Assembly: GCA_001179505.1 (NCBI GenBank)
Contig: CDMY01000371.1
Span: 33,460 to 97,459 of the forward strand
Direction of reading: 5' to 3'
Source: Vitrella brassicaformis CCMP3155
Taxonomy: Eukaryota; Protista; Chromerida
DNA length: 64,000 nucleotides
Positions 21,847 to 35,100 of the stretch are shown here, one piece after another. Under the pieces are notes generated by a model. The model had not been told where the DNA came from, searched no databases, and saw only the letters and a program-made list of their open reading frames with translations. Made by a program: the position numbers and the translations under genes. Every line of letters starts with the position of its first letter. The first letter of the stretch is position 1.

Positions 21847-23696
21847 AGGGTTTAAGCTGCCGGCTCAGGTGGCAGGGAAGGGATGTCAGGACGTGCATTT
21901 ACACCGTGCAGGGGATTTAGAGTATCCTTTTCGGACGAAGGGATCCCTGCTCAAGGCCCTTCGTGCTACCAAGGCCCCCTAGTGCACGAAACATTCTCAA
22001 AGGTGTTGAGGGCTTCAACTGGTTGCGGAGCGAGTTGCATGCAGTAGTCGTCTTAACTGCTGGTTTCTCCATCATCTTGATTTACTTATGAAACATCTTG
22101 CCTGCACATGTATCGACTCCAGGCACATCATGGTGCCGCACTCGATCTCAACGCGCACGGTCTGTCTCGCCGTCATTTTTCCTGCCCGGCACAATCTTCT
22201 TCATTTTCCTGCCTGGTTACACTCGCTCTGCATTGATTGACATACAAATTGACGCCATGATTGACATACAGATTGAAGAGGAGGATGGGCAAGACGAGAT
22301 TGCGCCGCTTGCAGTTTTCTGCAGAGATTTTCTCGCTGGAAGGAAACAGCGGCGCTGGTTAGTTTCGAAACACCGAGACTCTTTCTCACCATCGATCGTT
22401 CGGATACTTTTTTTCCATCGCTGACTTTCTTCATAATCCTTTTCTTTTTACTCTTTTCTTTTCTTTTCTACGCTATCTCTCTCTCTCCTCCAAACGGTCT
22501 CCTACAGCCAAAGGCTGCTCGAATTGCCATTCCTCGTGGAAGATTTCTGGCTTATATGACATATGTGCGCACGTCATTTTTGGACAGTTACAAGTTGCTG
22601 AAACAAGCTGAAGTACCAGGCAAGAAAGGGTGAATCCGGGACAAACAAGCATCTCGGAGATCCATCTCGCAAAATCCTAAACAAAGCTACCAGATTGATA
22701 AAGCCGTAGATCTTTCGAAAACAGCTTTCGCTGACAATGAGCGCCCCAAAGATGACACTTCCTATCACCGGTTCATTTCTCTTCGACAGACTTTGGTCAA
22801 GAATTCGTCTTGATTGAGACGAAAAGCAAGCATTCATACAGGTTGTCTCTCGCTGCTTTTTGCATGTATGTTCGTCATGTCTGATTCGAGCGTGTGTGGC
22901 TTCTAATTTCAGCATCTGGCGAAATTGAGCGCTCTATCATGTCTCATGATTAATTGATCCATTGGTGCATTAAATGACTCTCAAGTATCTGATTCATCGA
23001 CCGAAGCTTGTCGACCACCGTTGGATCGCGCGCTGACCGCTTGACTGGAGGCCTGAACAGGTAATCGTTGGTCTGTCTGTCTGCCAGGTCGTCGTTTCAA
23101 TCGTTGGTCTACAGGGACCAGAGGCCACGAAAAACAAGAATGCACCTTGCAGCTAGCTTAAGTGCGACTCACAATGGCGGCGCCAACTTTCTTCTCTCCT
23201 CTGAGCTCACTATTGCGGAGTGTCCAGCAAGCTAGCGGGCTGGGGAAAACAGCACCTCTACCTTTCACTTTGGCCAAGATACTTTGCCGAGAACTCCTAA
23301 GAACCACGGTTCTAGTCTGGGTGACAACCTCTTCAGGGGGAGAGAAATGAGATGCATCAACCCTGCCACGTTCTTGACGTGTGCAAACAAAAACGAAGAC
23401 GAACTTTCCTACACTTCATGCTACATTTGTCGGAGCCACGATGCAACGCTGACGACGTGAAGCGTGAAGAGGGACGGGCACAATCCGCGGAGTGATCAAA
23501 GGCAACGTCAACGATTTCAGTACTGATTGCGTTTATGTTTTCAATTGGAATTGGTCCCTGCTGTTTAATTCAGGTCACAAGTGAATACGCCCTGCGTCGA
23601 AACAGTTATTGACACAAATGCATGGAAGTGTCAACGTAATCGAGAAGAACGTGCGATTGTCACATCGGATCACATCGGATAAACACCCAGGCGAAT

Positions 23697-26600
23697 CTAC
23701 CCAAGCCGCATGACATCCGAGAGAGGTTGACCCGAATCCGCGGGAGTGCTCTTCGTGTACCTGAAAAAGCCGGGGGGCACAAGACAGCAACCAGAAACGG
23801 TGCAAGCTGCCATCCAAGACTTACTTTTCCATGAGCTGAGCCATTTTCTGTTTGTGCTCAAGTGACGGTTCTTTTCTGTCTGCAATACGGTCGGAAAAAA
23901 CAATGAGCGATCGGCCTCTTCGTTTGACTTCATTGCCAATCGAGCATACCCTCTTGTTCGGGAGATGGGCTGCGCCTTTTATCCTCGTCCCTGGGCTGTC
24001 GATTTGGGCTTGGTGAACTGTTCTCAAGAAGTGCACAACAGACACATTGCAAGAATCCGTTTGATCGTCTGTGTCTTTCGGCAGGAAGAAAAGTGTACCG
24101 GGACTTCTTGCGAGTCGACTGGAGGATTTTTGCGGAGAGGGCAGACTTGTAGGATGTCGGCCGTCTGCACGAAATCGATGGAAATGACCGTAGAGCATAG
24201 ACAGCAAAGGGAGACAGATAAGAAAACAGTTCAACCGCCCTCAATATACTTGATTCTCTTCACCTGGCGTAGTCCTTCCCGCTCGCAAGTGCCTTGTTTC
24301 GTTCACGTTTCCGAAACTCTTCCATCAACTCCTCGTTTGTCTGAAAGGCAGCATGTCAGTTGCCAGGCCTAGTGGTGTGAATAACTGGACGCGGTATCCC
24401 TTCTACCGCCCTTTTATACCTTTGGGCGGTCACGGTCCGATCTCTCTCGGTCTTTTTCGTCCCAGTCGCGCCAGTCTCGTTTCGATCCTCTGTCCCTGTC
24501 CCTACTGCGGCTCCTTTCTCTCTTCACTCGCCGATATTCCGGCTCTCCCGAACCACTGCGGCTGCGGGCATGGTGGTCACGTCTGATTTCACGCAATGGT
24601 CGGACTTCTGTGCATGTAGGGAGAACAATGCATTTGTCGAACCTTCGTCGATCGCGTTCCACGTGTCTGCCGCGGCCATCGTCAAACTCCTCCGAAGGGG
24701 ACCTGAGCGGCAGGCGTGGGTAATATATGCCTTTGTTTGTCCAATACTGTTGCCACACCTTCGTCGTCGACTCGCGTCTTCGCGGCGACGCCTTTCCCCG
24801 TCTCTCTCTTTCCTCTTCTCGTGATGGTCACTACAAGTTACAAAGTCAGCTTGATGCATTCTATAAAAACAGAAAAGAAATTCGAAGCTTGCCTCTCCTG
24901 CTTGCGCCGGTCCTGCCTGTCTTCTGACTTCGATGCACTGCGTGACCGCGAGTACCGGACATCGTACTTCCTGTCCTTGAGATTCCCCCGCTCGTCGTTA
25001 CGTCTCCCATCGTCTTCTCTTGGTGCACTTTCATCAATTTCGGCATCAGCAGGACCATTGTCTCCCAAAGCGTCTTCCTCCTCGTCTCTACAAAACACGT
25101 TGGAGGGGACGACTCATACTTGCAAAATCTCCTGTTCGGACAGAAGGCCTTACGTTCGCAAGATGACGAGCCCGAGATCGATTGTCTCCTCCGAACCATC
25201 TTCCAGCGCAACTAGACAGGATAGGCGGCCAGCATTCTTGTCAATCACCCTCACGACTGCCCCTTCCAGCCAGTCCCCGCTGCAAAATAGCGCAGCCACA
25301 TTGCCTTTTCCCTTTTTTTTAAAAAGGGAGCAAATTGCTGATATCTTCTCACTTGGAGCAGGCATCCACCTTCGTTCCCGGCACAAATTCTTCGATTCTC
25401 TGCTTGTTGGACTTCTTCCGCTTCCGGTGCTCATCCATCGCGATTAGCTGTCAAGAAACAAAACATGAGAGGACGTCATGCGAAAGGGCCTTAGTAGTAA
25501 CAATCGTCAAAAACCTGTGCGCCATATTGCGTCTTGATCTTCACAGGCAGCCTCGGCAGGACTGCACCAACAACGATTCCGAGACGTGAAAAGCGTCTCT
25601 GGTTGTACGTCTCCGTGTACCTGTGGAGCTGTGTGAGCCGTACTTGTCCTCGGTAATCAGGCTCTCAACAAACTGCCCCATCTCCCTGAGGCAGTTGAGA
25701 AGAAAGCGACCGTGGACCGAAGAATTTGTTTCTTCGTATTTTCCAGGTCCGTACATCTTTTTGTTTTTGTCAGTGCCTGGAGCGAACTCTTCGTCGTCCA
25801 AGAAGTACGGCTCGTACCACTTCCACAGCTTCTGAGGATCCAGAATGTATCGCAGGTACAAGAACCCACAAGCGCGGATGTACGGCGAGTCTTGATGATC
25901 CAGAAGGCTCTTGACCTGTTGTTCACGAGACGCACCGTTGTAGAGTTCACGAGAATCCCAGTGCTCACCTGTTTTTCCGTAAGCCGCATCGTAAAGAACT
26001 TGTACAAACAGCAGAAGAGCGTGGATGGCGCCCGAGAGTTGCCCGCACAGTAAGGGTCTGAGGCAATGTAGGCGCCACAGATGGCATCAACGCACGGGAG
26101 AAAGACGTCAGTTGTTACCTGCGTGATCTGCATATTGGTAGATCTGAGACATATGGTAACGAAAGGAGATGTGCAGAAACACGTGTCATGTGTTCTCTGA
26201 CCGGCCACTCACCTCGTCCACGACTTCATGAAACTGCTTGAGAGCGAATAGGCTCTTGTAGTACTCGGAACTGAGGATGTTCTCGCGCAGCAGGGTGTTC
26301 AAATTGAACGTGGTTGGATTTGTCCTGACACAGCCGGAATGAAACAACGAAATGGCTGCTAGTATGCACACGAAGTCGTTCGTGCGACGTACATTTCAAC
26401 CATGTTTGGCTTTTCCAGCGAGTCGGACTGAGCCTCCTGCTGACGCTGCACCCTGCCAAGCTGGTGCTGATGGTGCACAACAACCAAAGAAACTCGGTGC
26501 CTCTTTCCTCATGTCATGTAACCGCTTACCACAGCAGTTTTGTACTTTCGACAGAATTTGCACGACAGCTGCGGCTTCGTGTGCAGATGGCACCTCAGAA

Positions 26601-27086
26601 TCTCAGGCTCTTCCTGTAGGTAACCAGTCGATTGCTGCGCACCCATGGCACTGCCTGCACTTCCTATACCCATCGCGCCAACAGCATCAACCATGGGAGC
26701 GTATGCCGCCCCCTGAGTCGCGACGGGAGCTGTCTCTTGCTGTGCTGGCGGAAGCTGGCTTGCCGTAGGGACGCTTGGGCCAGAGTTCTCGTTCGGAGCC
26801 GCGTCGTATGGTGACTCACCCCATGCAGCTGCGCAGCACATAGTCAATAGACAAAGGATGACAAGAGTCTGCTAAAGCTCTTTCCTCACTTACCCGCGTT
26901 ATACACCCCAAATGCTTGCTGCTGTGAAGACGTGACTGCAGGAGCGACACTAGCCTCCACAGGCTGCTGACCGCTTGCAGGAACAGGTTGGGCGCCGGTT
27001 GCAGCCTGTTGTTGCTGAAGCGGTGCTTGCATCGACATGTATGCTTGTTGAATGGGGAAGGGGTAAGGCCACGGCCACGGCAGCAT
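23697..27086 (-). CDS. PRP38: Pre-mRNA splicing factor PRP38 (PRPF38B/SRL1-like) with RS-rich C-terminus
   Basis: PRP38 core: TNPTTFNLNTLLRENILSSEYYKSL..FHEVVDE, RAPSTLFCCLYKFFTMRLTEKQ|VKSLLDHQDSPYIRACGFLYLRY, MGQFVESLITEDKY. This is followed by an RS/RD region, EELMEEFRKRE..GKDYAR|RPTSYKSALS and a terminal DVMRLG*. Confidence 0.9.
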
Positions 27087-27242
27087 CTTTGCTATTGCTT
27101 CACTCACAGGGTGTAGATGTTTCAGCCTAGAATGTGAAACAAGAAACCGCATTCGGTGGAACGGCTGCGCGTTTGGCCACCATGATGCTAGCGCTCAGTT
27201 ACGACTAAGATAACGAGTTCTCTGCGAGCTGCATCTGCAGCT

Positions 27243-27250
27243 AAGCTCGC
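27243..27250 (+). promoter_or_regulatory. Candidate motif AAGCTCGC in the divergent PRP38/FAM13-like promoter
   Basis: 80 bp upstream of ATG 27330. A variant (gcgagctg) lies on the other strand at 27224. Confidence 0.45.
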
Positions 27251-27329
27251 ATGAGAAGGAGGATCGGATCGCAGAATATCCACAGAGCGTGCACCGCTGG
27301 TCTCTTCAAGACTGTCTTTGGCAGTGGGA

Positions 27330-29086
27330 ATGGACGTCGACAATTGGTATCTCTCCGAGACGGTCTCAGGCTTTGCAAACAACTTACTGGTGAGCAAATG
27401 AGGTGTGAAAGCGTCCGGATATTTGGATCTGCGCCATCCGTTTCCTCCTTCTATCAGACATTCGAGATAGTGAGCGTGCCAAAGCCCATTCCACGACGCT
27501 GGGTCGAGGATGCGCCAAGTAGGGAAGTCATGCTAACGCTGCTGCTGCGCACTGTATTATCCGTGTGTACGATTGCTCCTCCTAGTTGAAGATTTGGCTG
27601 ATCTTGAGGTGGAGGTCGCTGACGAGAAGGCCCTGTTGGACGAGCCTTCTGCTGGCCTCTTTGGCGCAGGCGCGCTGGCAGCAGATCCGTGCCGGCCTTC
27701 GGACGCCCCGTCTCAACGCGAGAAGGAGAAGGAGTTGGGGGCTCAGAGCGATAGGAGGCGCTCTGCTCCTTTACCCTTAGCCAAGGCGCTGAGTGGAGAG
27801 GAGACCAAAAACGAGCTGGGTGAGACAGCCTGAATGGATCAGTGTTAGGTAATGTGTGTGTCTGTTCAATCAGCGCCTGGTTTTTCTGAGGAGGATGGCA
27901 AGGACGCGCTGGAGAAGGCCCGAATTCGTCTCGGTCTGGGCCCGCCTCGCATGATGTCCCAACCACGGAGAGACGCAACGGATGGTGATGCAGAAGATGA
28001 CATGGATGATGTACCGGTCGGGGAAGAACCTGTTCTGTGCCTTGATCGTCCCGATTTGGAGCGTTGGTCCAAGAACGATCTGGAAAGAGAGAAGAAACAA
28101 GTGAAGAGGTACACAGGCAGGCAGGGGGGCGAGGAAGTACGCGGACAGGCAGGCAAGGCTAGCAGCCAGGAAGGTAGTGGAGCCCCAGCTGGTACCGAGA
28201 GGATTGGCTTTCTCGTTCCTGTTGTCAGCGAGCTCAAGAAATATGACACCGCCTTCGAGTCGGCTTATGGAAGGCTGGTAGAACAAGGAGCGGTCACATT
28301 GTGACGACTTGACAGTCTACTCATTGGTTGGATGCATGTGTCCGTCGCTGCAGCCGAATCGGAAGGAGAAGGAGCCCATGCGTCCCCTGTATTGCTACTA
28401 TCGCAAGCTGAAGGCAATGATCGGCAACGTGTCGACCTCCCGTCAGGGGTACGCCCTCAGCCAGAGGAGCTCCCGCGATCGGCGAGCCACTCCATCCTCG
28501 CAGCAACAGCAGGGGGGCGCCAAAAGCGGGTCGGCCGTCAGTGGGCGGTCAGAGGTACCGCTGAGCGAGGTACCCTCGTCAAGGGGCGACTCAGCTCAGG
28601 ACCTAGGCGAGTCGGGCGCCAGGGCACCGCGGCACCGAGAGCCAGCTCGGCAACAAGGGGTGGATGTTCCCGCTGCGTCGAGCAACAACGACGAGGGGGA
28701 GCGCTACAGGCAGCGGCTGGACCAGCTATATCGTGAGAAGACTCGCCTGCGTCACGTGCTACAGGTAGCCACACACACACCGACGGCAGGGAATAGAGGA
28801 CACATCGTGTAACGGCTTCAACTGATTCAGAAATATCAGACCAAGTTCATGGCGGAGAACTCGCGCAAAATCCGCTTCCACAAGGACATTCTGCCGATCG
28901 AACGAGTAAGCGAACGGATGGTGGGGTGTGCGCGGCACACGAGCACTCAGATGGACTGCGAACCGTGTCTGGGGTGCCTTTATGCAGGAGTACAAGTGCT
29001 ACAAGCAGTGTAAACAAGAGATTCAGCGGCTGACGTCGCTCTTGGGGACGTCTGGCAGTGCAGAAGCGGTCTCTGATGTCGACTGA
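27330..29086 (+). CDS. FAM13-like C-terminal domain protein
   Basis: LKKYDTAFESAYGR..KEPMRPLYCYYRKLKAMI and LYREKTRLRHVLQ|KYQTKFMAENSRKIRFHKDILPIERE|YKCYKQCKQEI resemble the two helical repeats at the FAM13A/B C-terminus. Start approximate. Confidence 0.65.
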
Positions 29087-29472
29087 TGCTGGTTTCAATC
29101 CTTGCACGATTAGCTGAGTTGTGCCAAGAGTCCGTGTGCATCACATGGACACGATGTCTCTCGGCAGAAAGGAAAGGTCTGTCTCTGTCCTAACAGAAAG
29201 AGCCTAGGCCTGGTGCACAACATCCGTACACAGACGTGCAGGTGAATTACACAGACTGTATGTACATACGTACACACTCCTGACTACACAAGACAGACAG
29301 ACAGACAGTCAGTCATATGTACACGTGGCTGACAAATATACGCAGTGATGAATGAATGGTGAGTGGATGAATGAATGGTGAATGAATGCATGATCCGTCA
29401 TGGTTAAATCCATTCCCGCCCACACCCATTTCCACCCTCCCACCCACCCGCCGCCCGCCCGCCCAGACGCAG

Positions 29473-32400
29473 AGCTATCGTCCGAAGGGGCTACCCACGG
29501 CAGACGGAATGCGCTGCATGGTGTCGTTTAAGCCCAGAATAGCCCGTTCCACGTCGTCGATGTCAGGGCCTATTTGGGGTAGTATAAAGTTAGCTGAGAG
29601 ACACAGACAGACACCATACCCATGAGGGGGGCCCGTGTCGTTATTCGTTCATTGCTTGGAGGAAGGAGGTGTCGTTGCCCCGTGTGTGCGTGCATACCGG
29701 GGATGACTTGGCTTTCCCATATGTATGTGAACTGAGTGACACGCACCAGGGAATGGGGAGACAAATGGGCGAGTGAATGAGGGCGTTCGTCAGCTTACCT
29801 TGCCCACAGTGATGGAGTAGAGGAAGAGTCTATTGCCCTCGTCCTCTATGAAGTCAAAACCTACACCCACGTCTTCTGTCTCCACCTCAAACGAGGCCTC
29901 AGGAATGCCATCGTTCCCCACACCTACACAAACACACATGCCAGACGGAGCGTCCCTCACACGGACGGCGCCAGTCCCCCATCCCCAGCCAACACTCGTC
30001 GGCAACACTTACCAGCACCCGCAGACACGTACGCCGTGCCTGCAACAGACCAATGTCAACCAATCAGTGCCACCCCGGTTTGCACACACCCATCCATCCC
30101 TCGTGAGATCGTCGCCAAGCGTGCATTGCTTTTCTGCTTACCCAGGCGGCCATATCCCACTTGGATATAGACCTCCTCACTGAGCCAGAGCAGACGACCC
30201 CAGAGACACAAACAAGGATGAGTGGTGATGTGTCGCTGTGAGAGCAACCAGCCCAGCTGGAGCTGCCTTTTTGGTGTCTCTTCACCTCCGATTGTCCACG
30301 AAATCTGCACGGCAGGTGGCAAGCAACACACGACAGCGAGCATGGCATCCAGTGATGGATGATGCAGTGGCGTTAGCGCCCCTACCTCCGTTGAGCAATA
30401 ACTGCCACCCATCGCCCCAGTTCCCTGCACACGAATCGAGCGGTGGAAGCAACCAGGTAGGAAAGAAGAATGGATGTGCTGCCACTGAGCTGCCTGACCG
30501 TCATCGGCGGGCAAATCTGTGCGTCTGACTGACCTTGGAAGTCTGTCTCCCGCTCGTCAAAGTCACGGAGCACACTGAACTGGTATCCGAGCACCCCCGC
30601 ACTCACCGCAACCTCAGTGTCGCTGTCACGACCATTCACAAGGCATAGATGATGGATGGCGTGTGCTGTATGCCTGTGCGCGCAGGGTCTGTCCTCTTTG
30701 CCTCTGTCCTTTCTAGGTAGGACCCTCACTCACTTGAGGTCGGTTCCGACGGCAACTCCGATGGACTTGTAGCCAACGAATACCTCCGTGGCCAGCTCCT
30801 CATCATCACCAGTCTGCGCAGCAAGCAAAGCAAGAGGCGCACGCCACCCGCAAGCCCGTCGGTCCTGTGCTTGTACTGCACTGTGGGTGAGTACAGTACG
30901 TACGTACGTACCGTCGGGTCTTGGGTGTCCTCGAAGTCGTGTCTGACGGCCACTTCAGTGTTGCGCACCTTCACACGCTGACCGTAGTCCTCGTCGCGAA
31001 GGTCCACCAAAGTGCCGGACGAGACGCCACGGGCAACAACTGGTGGATTGATGATTGGATGCATGGTTCGATGGATGACAGGCACACAGGCGGTCAGACG
31101 CACAGCACACACACATGCAGACAGACATGCGTCGTCCGTGAATGTGTGAGTACGTACCCAAAACGTTGGTGGCCGGGTCATCAAAATCTCGATCGACCCT
31201 GACACCTGCCCACATAGAATACACGCAGAGAAGGCTCTGCTGCATTGCATCCATCTGTCACGTTCGACGGCGCGCTCACCGTATGCTCCGTATGTGACTC
31301 CGACCCCTCCCTCCAGGTCCTGCTCATCGGTAGAGACGGACACGGCCAACTTGCCCCACTCGGTGTCCACTTGTGTCTCACGGTACAAGGCACCAACACC
31401 CACACTGACCAACGCACACACACACACACACTTGTTGTTTGGCCCTCCTTCCCTGACTGAGCCAGTCCGTCACGAGTGAGGGGTTGGCTCACTCACCCGA
31501 CGCCTCCGAAGTCGTTTCCGACTCGGACAACTGTTTGTTGTTCGCCACGGTCCCTGCCCCAGTTGACGCGCCAGTTGTCGTACACGATGTTGTTGGCCAA
31601 CTGGTTGAACACGCCGTCATTCATACCAGCGAATGGCTCTGCCGCGGCCTGATGCATGAATGGATGGATGACACACGCATGAACAGCCACACACAAGGAA
31701 CAAGCGCCATGCGCGTGACGGTCCTGTCCCATCCCTCCCTCCCTGCATCTATATCGTACATACCGCATCGGCAAAGAGTTGGTCAACGGCGTTGAGCTGC
31801 ACTGGGGCCCTGCCGCCCTCGGCCTCCGTGGCTGCACTCCAGGCGTCGTTGTTGGCGGGCCCCGTCTGCGATGACACGGGCACAGCGGCCCCGGGGCCGG
31901 CCTGCTGCCGTGCATATGCGCTGGCAGCCTCAGCGAGGGCATCAGGGTGGGGCTGGCGGAACTCTTTCGATCCACCAAGCTGCTCCTTCCCCTCCTGAGC
32001 AAAGTGGCCCCCCGTGAAAGACACGCCCTTGTTGAATGACTCCCTGTCGATGGGTTTGTTGAATCCGCCCTGGCCGCCCAGTCTGCTGCCGATTCCCCGC
32101 TGTGCCCTGCCCCCACTGCGGCTCGACGTTGACACGCCGGCGCCAGCTGACGTGGCTGTGGTGGCCCCTCCGCCGAATGATTGGCCTGACGTGCCAGCAC
32201 TGGACGAAAAGGCGTTGGACGGGCTGTTCCGGGCCGGCACGACGCGACCAAGGGACACGTCCTCGAACGGGTCCTCTAATGTGTCCTGCCCACGTCCAGC
32301 GATGCCCCTTGCCTGGAAGAATTGGTCCGCTTGCCTGCCCAAGGCCGCGAGCACTGGGGGTGCGATCGTGGCTGCACCGCCCGGCGCCTGGAGGGGTCGA

Positions 32401-35100
32401 GCGCCTCCGATCGTGGGAGCACCGCCCGGCCCCGTCAAAAGAGCATCAACGGGCGCAGCCGGAGCTGGGGCTGTTAAAGCTGGCGGGAGAGCAACAGGTG
32501 GAGCCAGTCCCGGGGGAGCGCCGACGATAGGACCCTCCCCGGCGACGCCCCCCTCCTGCAGCGCCACAGCCATCGAGTCGGAGTCACCTTGGCGGCTGGC
32601 GGTCCTGGGATCAAGGAACCCCCCCGTCTCGATTGATGAAGACGACGACGGCTGGCGTTGGCTGTTCCACCGTGACGACCACACGGAGGCGTCTGAGGCA
32701 GCGTCCGACCGGGCCAGCCTGCGGGTGGGCCGGCCGATGTCGCCATCGCTGACGGTAGGCCCGGTCTCGTTGAGCTGGCCGCCGCCGGCGGTGGTGGCAC
32801 CTGTCGTGTTGGAGTGAGTCACCACGCCATTCGGCTGCGCCTCCGGCCGCGTGCGAGACCTCTGCAGTGCAGCAGCGATACACAGATACCACAAAGACAC
32901 ATGGACATCGTGTGGTACTCCTTGCTCCTCGCTCTGTTTGGTTGACTCTCGTTCGTTGACCCCACCGCCGGTCGTACCGTGGCCTTTGTGTTCCAGTTGT
33001 GTAATTTGTTTTTCAAGTTGCACATGAAGGTCTCGTTGACCTTGGTGGGGAAGACGATCATGTGGCACCGCACAGTGATGGCCAGGGAGTTGTTGAAGCC
33101 CATCGGGGGCCAGGAGAAAGTGATGCGGCCCGCTTCATTCCCACGAGTGGCTGAGTCGTGAACCTAAGGTGACCGATAGATACCACACAGACAGGCATCA
33201 AGGTACGTACATCCAGCACGGTCGGTGGTTTGGCAGGTGAATGAATGGTATGGGCAGTGCAGTGGTGCATGTGATGATACATACGAGTGTCCATCCGCTC
33301 ACTCCTTGATCGGTTCGGTTCACCCATCCATTCATTCATTTCTCACCTGGAAGAAGTCTCCGTCTGTGTGTGGGTCCCAGTCTGGCGGGACGATGGGACA
33401 TCCGTCGACGATGAGGTCGATAGGGTGGCAGGAGTTTGTGGGGGCTGGGTGTGTCTGATTGGAGCACGTGGCCTCACACGACATCGGCCACGGGTAACCA
33501 TCCACACCGAACACCCGAGACTCGAACACCAACCTACAGCAGCACACCATACATACATACATACGTGTCGACGGGCTCTCTGTCGTCACGGCTTTCCCTT
33601 CAGGCCCCTTGTATGTCGTGCGTCCGCCCCTACCTGTCATCGTTTGCCACAGTCGTCCTCAGCTCTTCTCCCACCGCATACTCAGCAGATAGGTGGTGAC
33701 CCAGAGCCGTCGCTGAAAAAATGAAGACACACCCACACAGTACAATGAATGCGGTACACGTCGCTCGCATCTCTCTGGTTGTCTGTCTGTCTGTCTATGT
33801 TGGTTGGGGGGCCCCCTCGCCTCGCCTCGCCTGGCCCCACGCCTTCCCGCCCTCCCGGCTCGCTGTGTCTGTGTCCGTCCGTTTGTAGGCTGCGTACTCC
33901 CGTACCTGACATGGCCGAGATGGGTTCCCTGCCCTCGTAGACGGCCGATGCTTGCGCCGAGGCCTCCCACTTGGCGTGTGGCGTACAGACCGACTGATCG
34001 CCCCCCCTTGCATCCCACCCCAGCGTCTCGTTGCCCTCCCGCAACGTGGCCGCGAGTATGTCTTTGTCGCAGGCACACGTGATGACAGCATTGTTGCGGG
34101 GCCCCACCGCCCGCATAATGCTGGTGTAGTAGATGAAGCCGTTGGTCTCGGACGAGGCCATGCTGGGGTCACTGTAGGGGCAGCTGGCCAGGAGTGCGTC
34201 CCTCCCCTTGCCGAAGAAGTCCTTGACAAACGACGCACCGCACCTCTTGTCGGCCCCCCTGAAGGAGCCCAGCGACCCGTCCCACGTCCCAGTCCGATTC
34301 GAGGCGGTCTTGTTGACGGTGGACAGAAAGTCAGAGGGCACGGGAATCGCACCCGTCATGCGCCGATCAGAACACCTGCAAGGGACGGACGGACGGACGA
34401 GAATGCAACGACACGACACACAGGAACGTTGTGGATGGCTGTGAGTGATTCCGATTCTCATAGTGAGTGAGTGTGGTGTGTGCGTTGTGTGGCTGGCTGA
34501 CCATGCTGCGGGAGGGAAGGCCTTTGGCATCATGCCCCGGTCCTTGAGCCAGAAGGAAGCCGACGGGCGGCCCCGTCGCCTTTTTCGACGATGTGCGGCC
34601 CGTCGGTCCTTGAGCCGCCCCTTGTCCCCACCATGCCCCCTCTTGCCCTCGTGCGTCTTGCGAGGCCGCCTCTTCCTGTCCGTCTTGAGCTGACGGGGTT
34701 GGTCATCCGGCGGCCTCTGCATCTGCAGCAGCCTGTCGGCATCAATTCTGCATCCCATCGCTGGTTGTCCCCCTTCCCCCCCATGGCCCCCTGCACCGCT
34801 CATTCCACAGTCCAGGGCGGTCGGACGAGGGAAACGATCAAGAGACAAAGACCGGTGGCCTCCAGTCGAATACGTCACTAGTGTTGCGTGGCTGGACAAG
34901 TGCTGGTCAGTCGGATCAACAGTCTCGTTGGCTGCTCGCCTGGGCCGGTCGAACGTCACAGAGGAGCTAACAGCGGCAGTAGCGGGCGGCGTCGTGATCA
35001 GCAGCGGCACCACCAGTAGCGCCAGTAGCGGCAGCAAGAGGGGGCACCCGTACCGCCGTGACCGTGAGCAGGCTTCCCCCCCAGCATAGTGTCGATACAT
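29473..35100 (-). CDS. Large predicted secreted protein of unknown function (many exons)
   Basis: The N-terminal hydrophobic LLLPLLALLVVPLLITTPPATAA looks like a signal or anchor. Exons join in phase through Cys-containing and NxS/T-rich blocks, a long Gly/Ala/Pro region (31749-32860) and a beta-strand-like C-terminal region ending ..PSAVGSPFGR*. Confidence 0.6.
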
